Position numbers and translations under genes: made by a program. Below are positions 1-6,230 of a stretch of 14,862 nucleotides of DNA, piece after piece. Below the pieces are notes generated by a model. It was not told the origin of the DNA. It saw only the letters and a program-made list of their open reading frames with translations, and made no database searches. Each line of letters begins with the position of its first letter. Positions within the stretch are counted from its first letter, which is position 1. The DNA is from Candidatus Micrarchaeota archaeon (GTDB lineage Archaea > Micrarchaeota > Micrarchaeia > Norongarragalinales > SBBD01), in assembly GCA_043813365.1 (NCBI GenBank), contig JBDRLB010000043.1, forward strand, positions 1 to 14,862. The letters run 5' to 3'.

Positions 1-10
1 ACAGACAACC

Positions 11-52
11 TCGGCGGCGAAGCTACGGCCCCGTAAGGGGCCTCGCCGCCGA
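11..52. repeat. GC-rich inverted repeat / hairpin
   Basis: TCGGCGGCGA (11-20) pairs with TCGCCGCCGA (43-52). A 6-nt bulge AGCTAC follows, then GGCCCC (27-32)/GGGGCC (37-42) closing a GTAA loop. Confidence 0.85.
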
Positions 53-86
53 ATCAATAACGCTCGCGCTGAAGAAAAAGAAATGT

Positions 87-126
87 GCTGATTCATCCGT
101 CGTTTGAAAGCGACGGATTTCTCAGC
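87..126. repeat. Hairpin with symmetric 3x3 internal loop (possible IS200/IS605-type end or ncRNA element)
   Basis: GCTGA (87-91)/TCAGC (122-126), TTC/TTC internal loop (GAA/GAA on the minus strand), ATCCGTCG (95-102)/CGACGGAT (111-118). Confidence 0.7.
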
Positions 127-182
127 CTAAGGTATTAAAGATAAGCCAATTCCATTGTTAACGAATTGCCTTTTCATTCTGA

Positions 183-190
183 TTTATAAG
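183..190 (+). promoter_or_regulatory. TATA box of tRNA-Pro
   Basis: TTTATAAG ending about 29 nt before the mature tRNA 5' end. Confidence 0.6.
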
Positions 191-218
191 TATAACGATC
201 AACAATAATCGATATAAT

Positions 219-443
219 GGGGTCGTGGGGTAACCTGGTCATCCTACTGCCTTGGGGACTTTCCTCGCTCGGCGAATGCGAAAGCTATGAAAGCCAGAGT
301 GGCAGCGATCCGAGAAGCCTCTTTTTCTTTCCCGAAAGAAAAATACCCTTGGGAGAAAAAGAAAGGGTTTTTGTCCTGAAAATCAGAAAGGAGGCACGGA
401 AATTCAAATTGGCTGCAAAGCCATGACAGTCTCGGCGACCCCA
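219..443 (+). tRNA. tRNA-Pro(GGG) with three introns: 258-299 (37/38), 315-402 (53/54), 409-429 (59/60)
   Basis: Exons 219-257, 300-314, 403-408 and 430-443 join into a 74-nt cloverleaf: acceptor GGGGTCG/CGACCCC+A, anticodon stem CTGCC/GGCAG with loop TTGGGGT, T arm CCGAG-TTCAAAT-CTCGG. Each junction forms a bulge-helix-bulge. CCA is not encoded; a T-run follows at 444-450. Confidence 0.9.
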
Positions 444-449
444 TTTTTT

Positions 450-908
450 TCAGCTTAAATAGTTCTTTGATGGGATTATTTGGACCTTATGGCCGGCCTG
501 TTGCCATTCATGCAGCTTGCTGGCTACAATATGATCATGGTTGGATTCGATAGCTTGGTGTATAGCGCTCAGCAACGCCTTTTTACGCATTTTTGGCAAT
601 GCCTTGAGGGGCGCGCTCTCGACAGCCTGTTTGATAATTTGTTTTGCTCGTTCAATTTTAGGGTAGAGGCCCGGAATCTCCTCTGCCCTGAAAGGGGAAT
701 ATACGTGGGGCAGTGCCCTTCCGGATGACCGATAGATGCGACCACCATCAAATCGTATGCCCTCATCGTTACGGTGGTCACTAACGGTTATTATCAGTCC
801 CCCCTTACTTTTCCGCATAATTCCAACGCTATATAGGTCCCCCATAATGAATTTCGAAGACTTCTTCCATTCAAAAGTCCTTACTTTCCCGAATTCTCGC
901 GTAGGCAT
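450..908 (-). CDS. Hypothetical basic protein (~152 aa)
   Basis: The ORF track gives 450-974. ATG at 908 is preferred because TTTATATA (941-948, minus strand) and GGGTGG lie upstream. No recognisable motif. Confidence 0.6.
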   Translation of the reverse strand: MPTREFGKVRTFEWKKSSKFIMGDLYSVGIMRKSKGGLIITVSDHRNDEGIRFDGGRIYRSSGRALPHVYSPFRAEEIPGLYPKIERAKQIIKQAVESAPLKALPKMRKKALLSAIHQAIESNHDHIVASKLHEWQQAGHKVQIIPSKNYLS

Positions 909-1005
909 GAATTCCACCCAATTAAATTCCACCGCTGAAGTATATAAAACATCAGGCGGCGGATGCAACTGCAAGCAGATGATTCAAGCAATCCATTTTA
1001 CCATT

Positions 1006-1021
1006 TCCGCCATGTAACGGA
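1006..1021. promoter_or_regulatory. Putative operator copy 1, TCCGCCATGTAACGGA
   Basis: Dyad TTTCCG-N8-CGGAAA (1004-1023), directly upstream of the AT-rich TTAATTAA promoter-like tract of the HTH gene; 15/16 identical to 1721-1736. Confidence 0.7.
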
Positions 1022-1061
1022 AAATTAATTAATTCGTGTGCGCAAAACCATACTGATTCTT

Positions 1062-1718
1062 ATGTGGGTAGCAGTGTTCAAGGTGTGGCATCACAATTCC
1101 GTGATCATCGAGGCTACGAAAAAGCTGGACGCGCAGGCTACATCATATTACCTCAACCTGGTAAGGAAGGGCGGCAAAATACTCGTAAACAAGGTGCTCA
1201 CCGCATCCGGAAGGGATAAGGGAAAGCTGATTGAAGCAATCAAAAAGGATCCGCGGCTCAAAATCACCCATATTGAGGGCGACCAAGTGTTCTACCAGAA
1301 CACCGCGAAATACATTTTCCATTCCGCAGTACTGAACTCATCATTATTCTTCATCAAGCCGGATGTGATAAAGGAAGGGTTCGAATGGTGGTACGTCGCA
1401 AGCTGGGACAAGGATGAGCTCATGAAATTGTATAGCACGATGAAAAAATTGAAGGGGAAGGCGACAATCGAATTGATATCAATAAAAAAGCAGAAAGTGA
1501 ACGTGTTCGTGGAGGACATTTTCCAGGAACTTACGGAAAAGCAGTTCGAGGCGTTCAAATTATGCTGGAAGATGGGCTATTATTCTGTCCCAAGGAAGAT
1601 GAGCCTCGAAGAAATCGCCGAAAAGCTGCATTTGCCGTTCTCTACATTCAGGGACCGCATTAGGGCAGCTGAAAGCAAAATAATGGGGGAAATGGGCGAA
1701 AAAACCGAATTATTATAG
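1062..1718 (+). CDS. HTH_10 (bacterio-opsin activator-type C-terminal HTH) transcription regulator
   Basis: The C-terminus LTEKQFEAFKLCWKMGYYSVPRKMSLEEIAEKLHLPFSTFRDRIRAAESKIM matches the LTxxQ...GYY/FxxPR...L.ELAxxL..S.ST..xHLRxAExK pattern. ATG 1062 lies about 30 nt after the TATA-like tract; GTG 1038 is the alternative start. Confidence 0.88.
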   Translation: MWVAVFKVWHHNSVIIEATKKLDAQATSYYLNLVRKGGKILVNKVLTASGRDKGKLIEAIKKDPRLKITHIEGDQVFYQNTAKYIFHSAVLNSSLFFIKPDVIKEGFEWWYVASWDKDELMKLYSTMKKLKGKATIELISIKKQKVNVFVEDIFQELTEKQFEAFKLCWKMGYYSVPRKMSLEEIAEKLHLPFSTFRDRIRAAESKIMGEMGEKTELL

Positions 1719-1720
1719 AA

Positions 1721-1736
1721 TCCGCCATATAACGGA
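1721..1736. promoter_or_regulatory. Putative operator copy 2, TCCGCCATATAACGGA
   Basis: Dyad AATCCG-N8-CGGATT (1719-1738), followed by TTAATTCTTATTAG and a G-rich RBS-like tract before ATG 1791. Confidence 0.7.
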
Positions 1737-1790
1737 TTAATTCTTATTAGACGCGCCTAACATACCTTACATTCAAGGGGGAACAATTAG

Positions 1791-3302
1791 ATGGAATCAG
1801 CAACGCCCAGATATCTCAATGATGATGCGGAAGAGTGGATGCTAGGGGAGGATCTGCCAGAAATCGACCTCTTTTTCGGCCAGAGCTGGCTGCACGGCTT
1901 CGTAAACAACATGGAGGAAGCGTGTGGAAGGGCGTACAGGAAATGCCTAGCTGTTTTCCGGGGTTTGGGCTGCAAATTCTATTTCGGGAAGAGGGATGCT
2001 GAGGAATTCGCGGCATACCTCGTGGCAAAGCTGGAGAAGGAGAAGGATTTTGGGGAAAAAATAAATACGAACATCCGGGTGCATTCGGAAAGGATGGTGG
2101 CGCATGCAAAAACGGTGCCGGAGGAAGGGTTGGAAAAGGTTTCCAATGAACAATTAATATCCATTTTGGAGGAGCACTTGAGGCTGCATAGGGAGCTTTA
2201 CGGATGGGGGATGATAACGAATGCAATGGACATTTATTTCCCGGTTTTGAGCACAAACCTGAGGAGGATATTGAAAAAGCATACTGCAGATGAGAGGGAA
2301 ATCAACGAATATTTCATCGCATTAACTGCTCCGGAGGAAATCTCCGAGGCTGCGAAGGAGGAGATGGAATTCCTTAAGGTAGCAGCCAAAATCAAGGGGA
2401 GCGGGGATATTTTGCTTGAAAAACCGGATACTCTCGAATTGGTAAAAGCGCATTGGGGGAAATACCGGCATATAAAATTCCTGTACAACGGCACACCCTC
2501 AGAAATTGACGATTACTGCCACCACATAAAGGAGTATTTTTCGAATGGAAAAAATCCGGAGGAGGAAATAAGGAGGATGAATAATGATCTGGTTGAAAAC
2601 CGGAAGAGGAAACTTGCACTCGAGGGTAAATTGGCGCTTTCCGGGGAGGAAAAACGCCTTTTTGACGCGTACGCGAGCTTCATGCTCTCAAAGTATGTGC
2701 GGAGGTATGCGCAAATATATTCGCTCTTCAAGATGGATTTTGTTCTGAAGGAAATTGCGAAAAGATTGGGATTGAACATAATTGAAGTGAGGAATACTCT
2801 GGTGCCGGAATTGGGAAAAATGCTCCTTAGCGGGAAGGTGGACCGGAAGAAAGTTGCGGAAAGGGCACGATTAAATGCGGTTTATGTGGAGAAGGGCATA
2901 ATGATGCAGTTCGTTGGGGAGGACGCGGAGGTGCTTGAAGGGATTGCGGAGAGGAAGAACAAGGCCGACCTCAAAATTACGGAATTCAGAGGACAGGTGG
3001 CTAGTTTGGGTTATGCGAAAGGTAGGGCGAAGCTGATTTTCACTCCTGAAGATATGCTGAAATTCGGGCAGGGCGACATTTTGGTGGCTATTTCCACGAA
3101 TCCGGACGTGGTGCCTGCAATGAGGAAGGCGGCAGCAATTGTTACAGAACAGGGAGGGGTTACATCGCATGCTGCCATTGTAAGCAGGGAGCTGGGAGTT
3201 CCCTGTGTGATTGGTACAAAAATCGCGACAAAAGTGATCAAGGACGGCGATATTGTGGAGGTTGATGCACGGAATGGAATCGTGAGAATCCTCCCGAAAT
3301 AG
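1791..3302 (+). CDS. PEP-utilising enzyme mobile (swivelling phospho-His) domain protein with long helical N-terminal region, no ATP-grasp or PEP-binding barrel
   Basis: C-terminal GQVASLGYAKG...GDILVAISTNPDVVPAMRKAAAIVTEQGGVTSHAAIVSRELGVPCVIG...DGDIVEVDARNG, with the His codon at 3168-3170. At 503 aa it is too short for PEP synthase or PPDK. Confidence 0.88.
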   Translation: MESATPRYLNDDAEEWMLGEDLPEIDLFFGQSWLHGFVNNMEEACGRAYRKCLAVFRGLGCKFYFGKRDAEEFAAYLVAKLEKEKDFGEKINTNIRVHSERMVAHAKTVPEEGLEKVSNEQLISILEEHLRLHRELYGWGMITNAMDIYFPVLSTNLRRILKKHTADEREINEYFIALTAPEEISEAAKEEMEFLKVAAKIKGSGDILLEKPDTLELVKAHWGKYRHIKFLYNGTPSEIDDYCHHIKEYFSNGKNPEEEIRRMNNDLVENRKRKLALEGKLALSGEEKRLFDAYASFMLSKYVRRYAQIYSLFKMDFVLKEIAKRLGLNIIEVRNTLVPELGKMLLSGKVDRKKVAERARLNAVYVEKGIMMQFVGEDAEVLEGIAERKNKADLKITEFRGQVASLGYAKGRAKLIFTPEDMLKFGQGDILVAISTNPDVVPAMRKAAAIVTEQGGVTSHAAIVSRELGVPCVIGTKIATKVIKDGDIVEVDARNGIVRILPK

Positions 3303-3349
3303 CGAGTTCCGACCGTTTTTTTAACTGATTCGCCCAGAATAATCCTCAC

Positions 3350-3451
3350 GCGGTCGTGGTCTAGTGGTCAGGATTTGGGCCTTCCACCTCCTTTTCGGAA
3401 GAAAAGGACCGAAGACAGCCTACGGCCCGGGTTCGAATCCCGGCGACCGCA
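3350..3451 (+). tRNA. tRNA-Gly(TCC) with 30-nt canonical intron (3387-3416)
   Basis: Acceptor GCGGTCG/CGACCGC+A, anticodon stem TGGGC/GCCTA, T arm CCGGG-TTCGAAT-CCCGG. BHB central helix CTTC/GAAG with bulges CA|C and AC|A; intron hairpin TCCTTTTC-GGAA-GAAAAGGA. Confidence 0.95.
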
Positions 3452-3466
3452 TGTGAGGTTGAAAAT

Positions 3467-3820
3467 ATGTTCAAGAAAGCGCTGCAGGAGCTCGCAAGAA
3501 GCATGAAAAAATATTATGCCGTCCGGGCGCAGAATATCGCATCCATCGAGGGGGGAAAGCCTAATTTTAGAATGCCAAAATACAGGAAAGTATTTCGGCC
3601 CGGGAGATCATACTTCGCTGTCGATTCGCAAACTCCAATGGGCGAGCATTTCTGCGACCATGTATTCAGGAGTGATGTCGTCAAGATGATGAAAAGGATC
3701 GGAAAGGAGCACGGTCTGCACTCATTCCAGGAATTGCGCGGAAACACCCTGCATTTCGGCTTCATGGTAGAACCCAGAGGGGCGGATTCGGAAATTGTCC
3801 TTCCTAAAAAAAGGGATTAG
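3467..3820 (+). CDS. Hypothetical protein (117 aa)
   Basis: ORF with SD-like GAGGTTGA upstream, starting 15 nt after tRNA-Gly. No recognisable motif. Confidence 0.65.
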   Translation: MFKKALQELARSMKKYYAVRAQNIASIEGGKPNFRMPKYRKVFRPGRSYFAVDSQTPMGEHFCDHVFRSDVVKMMKRIGKEHGLHSFQELRGNTLHFGFMVEPRGADSEIVLPKKRD

Positions 3821-4215
3821 GCAAGAAGGTCCATTTTCAGCTCGAAAAACCCGTTTCCGTCGAACCATAATCTGGATGAGTGGAACCGTTTTGCAAAGGA
3901 ATTCCTTTTTGAATCGCAGTTTATTTCCACCTTATTCCCTTCCGCCTCCACTTTGAGGCAATAATCGCCCAGCTGGGAAATTAGGGAGGAATATTCAGCT
4001 TCAAGGGACTGCTTAGAAAAGGGATCCCCGTTTGAAAAAGCAACCGTTTCGGAGTACATATTCTCCGCCGTTATCTGCTGGAAATCATTCACTAGCTCGT
4101 AAAGGTAAACATCCGAGAACGTGGGAAGCCGCATGTAATGGATAGAGGAGATCAGAACGGCAGTAAGAATGAGCGTAATCGATGCCTCGAGTGAGAATAC
4201 GAATGCTTTTTCCAT
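3817..4215 (-). CDS. Pilin-like protein with class III signal peptide-like N-terminus
   Basis: MEKA|FVFSLEASITLILTAVLISSI resembles the archaeal K-G/A-F-x-F-S/T-L-D/E-A prepilin-like start followed by a hydrophobic helix. Confidence 0.65.
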   Translation of the reverse strand: MEKAFVFSLEASITLILTAVLISSIHYMRLPTFSDVYLYELVNDFQQITAENMYSETVAFSNGDPFSKQSLEAEYSSLISQLGDYCLKVEAEGNKVEINCDSKRNSFAKRFHSSRLWFDGNGFFELKMDLLA

Positions 4216-4326
4216 GAATAGAGAGGGCGGATTATGGGATTTATTGGTTGGGTTGATGATGTGTCAAAAAAGAGTTGATTCCCGGTAAAGCCGCTATCAT
4301 TGGGAAAAAAGGCTCGTACCAAACCA

Positions 4327-4334
4327 TTTATAAA
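4327..4334 (+). promoter_or_regulatory. TATA box of rpo operon
   Basis: TTTATAAA preceded by an A-rich BRE-like tract, about 65 nt upstream of the rpoH ATG. Confidence 0.6.
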
Positions 4335-4399
4335 CCTTAATTTCGAAATCCTTACTCTTCAAGAGGGCCTAGATTTCTCTCCAGCTGTTGGTCGATAAG

Positions 4400-4630
4400 A
4401 TGGATCCTAATTTTAGTCATAGCTTTCTGCCGAAACACACCATCGCTTCCGAAGATGAAGTGGATGAAGTGCTCAAGAAATATAGTATCACCAAGGAGAA
4501 TTTGCCGATCCTGAAGTCAGATGACCCCGCAGCGAAAGCGATGAATGCAAAGGCCGGCGACGTGATCAGGATCGTAAGGATCCTTTCCGACGGCAAGGAA
4601 GCGCTTTACTGGAGGGTTGTGGTCGATTAA
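4400..4630 (+). CDS. rpoH: DNA-directed RNA polymerase subunit H (Rpo5)
   Basis: HSFLPKH...LPILKSDDPAAKAMNAKAGDVIRIVR...YWRVV; first gene of the rpo operon. TTG 4388 is the alternative start. Confidence 0.95.
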   Translation: MDPNFSHSFLPKHTIASEDEVDEVLKKYSITKENLPILKSDDPAAKAMNAKAGDVIRIVRILSDGKEALYWRVVVD

Positions 4631-4631
4631 T

Positions 4632-6104
4632 ATGGAAAGCCGCGAGCTCACAAAATTCTACCTGAACGAGAACTCGATGATGAAGCAGTTCATCGAATCC
4701 TACAACAAGTTCATCGAGGAAGGATTGCAGCTGGTGGTTGAATCGCAGGCGACAATTGAGCCGCAGGTGGAAAACCTTGTTTTGAAGCTCGGTAAAGTTA
4801 CAGTTGGCCAGCCTTCAATCACGGAAGCGGACGGCACTAGGAGGGTGCTTTACCCGCAGGAGGCAAGGCTCAGGGACCTTTCATACACGGCGCCGTTATT
4901 CCTAGAGATAACGCCGCTTTTCTCCGGAAGCGAAGGCCGCATGGAAACCGTTTTCATAGGGGAAATACCGGTGATGCTCAAATCCAAAATCTGCTATCTC
5001 TCGCAGATGAATAGGGACGAGCTTATAGCAGCAGGCGAGGATCCCCAAGATCCCGGCGGGTATTTCATCATCAACGGCACCGAAAAGGCGCTCATTAGCA
5101 TAGAAGATCTTGCGCCGAACCGGATTTTCGTTTCCAGGGAAAAGGAAAAGGAGCTCATACAGGCAAAGGTTTTTTCAACAAGGCTTGGATTCCGCGGGAG
5201 GATCACAGTTGACCGCACAAGGGAAGGCCGCCTTTCCGTTACTTTGCCCTCATTCAACAAATCAATAGAATTGCTCGTATTGCTAAAAGCGCTCGGATTG
5301 GACAGGCAGGAGAAAATATTTGCCGCTTTCCCGGAAAGCCCAGACATTGCAAATGATCTGCTGCTCAACTGGGAAACCGATTCTGATGTGAAAACAAAGA
5401 AGGATGCATTGGAAGCAATTGGGAAGCGCGCAGCACCCGGCCAGCCGGTTGACTACCAGCTAAAGCGCGCCGAACTTCTTATTGATAGGTACCTCCTTCC
5501 GCACATTGGTGTTGAGGAGAAGGATCGGCTCGCGAAGGGGTATTACCTCTGCAGGATGGCGGAAAGGTCCATCTTGACCGCCTACAGGAGAAGGAAGCCC
5601 GAGGACAAGGATCACTATGCGAACAAGCGCATCAAAATTGGCGGGAAACTCATGGAGGAGCTATTCAGGTATGCGTTCCAATTCTTCGTCAAGGATGTTG
5701 CCTACCAGCTGGAGAGGGCGAATATCAGGAGAAGGAAGATGACGCTCTTCACAATTGTGAGGCCGGATGCATTGACTGAAAGGATCAAATACTCAATGGC
5801 AACAGGTAACTGGATGGGCGGCCATACGGGAGTATGCCAGCCGCTTGACAGGTACAATTTCATTTCCTCGGTCGCATTCATGCGCAGGGTAATTTCGCCG
5901 CTTGCAAAGAAGCACCCGCACCACAAGGCAAGGGATCTGCACGGCACCCATTTCGGCAGGCTGGACCCGAACGAAACCCCCGAAGGCCCGAACTGCGGCT
6001 TGATCAAATCACTCTCGCTTTTCTGTGAAATCACCCCAGGTTCGGAGGAGAAAGGCATTGAGAAATCCTTGAAGAGCCTGGGAGTTACAATGCAGGCGCT
6101 ATAA
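4632..6104 (+). CDS. rpoB2: RNA polymerase subunit B'' (Rpo2N)
   Basis: PQEARLRDLSY, DPGGYFIINGTEK, DKDHYANKR, ARDLHGTHFGRLDPNETPEGPNCGL. ATG 4632 lies 1 nt after the rpoH stop. Confidence 0.96.
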   Translation: MESRELTKFYLNENSMMKQFIESYNKFIEEGLQLVVESQATIEPQVENLVLKLGKVTVGQPSITEADGTRRVLYPQEARLRDLSYTAPLFLEITPLFSGSEGRMETVFIGEIPVMLKSKICYLSQMNRDELIAAGEDPQDPGGYFIINGTEKALISIEDLAPNRIFVSREKEKELIQAKVFSTRLGFRGRITVDRTREGRLSVTLPSFNKSIELLVLLKALGLDRQEKIFAAFPESPDIANDLLLNWETDSDVKTKKDALEAIGKRAAPGQPVDYQLKRAELLIDRYLLPHIGVEEKDRLAKGYYLCRMAERSILTAYRRRKPEDKDHYANKRIKIGGKLMEELFRYAFQFFVKDVAYQLERANIRRRKMTLFTIVRPDALTERIKYSMATGNWMGGHTGVCQPLDRYNFISSVAFMRRVISPLAKKHPHHKARDLHGTHFGRLDPNETPEGPNCGLIKSLSLFCEITPGSEEKGIEKSLKSLGVTMQAL

Positions 6105-6113
6105 GGAATAATT

Positions 6114-6212
6114 ATGTTCAAACAATTTTCAATGGAGGGGGATGCTTTCAAGGGTAGCGGGGGAACCGAAGGTGCCCCCAAGACGCTTGGAGTGACGATG
6201 CAGGCGCTTTGA
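6114..6212 (+). other. 32-codon mini-ORF ending in a diverged duplicate of the rpoB'' 3' end
   Basis: MFKQFSMEGDAFKGSGGTEGAPKTLGVTMQAL*. Positions 6180-6212 match 6072-6104 at 26/33 nt; a hairpin lies at 6159-6179. Whether it is translated is unknown. Confidence 0.6.
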
Positions 6213-6230
6213 AAGAAAAACATTTACGTG

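Noticed and set aside
258..402. C/D box guide RNA inside the tRNA-Pro introns
   Set aside because: CTGA is present at 376-379, but there is no RTGATGA C box in the same intron.
217..444. ORFs 217-426 (+) and 244-444 (-)
   Set aside because: They coincide with the intron-containing tRNA-Pro and have no protein motifs, so they are treated as spurious.
910..933. AATTCCACC direct repeat upstream of the orphan ORF
   Set aside because: Only two 9-bp copies, overlapping the SD-like region; not CRISPR-like and too short to interpret.
1791..3302. Calling the gene ppsA or a rifampicin-resistance gene because it lies near rpoB
   Set aside because: It lacks the ATP-grasp and PEP-binding domains, and archaeal RNAP is not a rifampicin target. 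The proximity is probably incidental.
444..3349. Integrated element between the two tRNAs
   Set aside because: No integrase and no duplicated tRNA 3' end (att site) was found by eye.
4389..4636. TGGTCGAT..ATGGA repeated before the rpoH and rpoB'' starts
   Set aside because: Short, and best explained as SD-like (GGTGA variant) sequences or chance.
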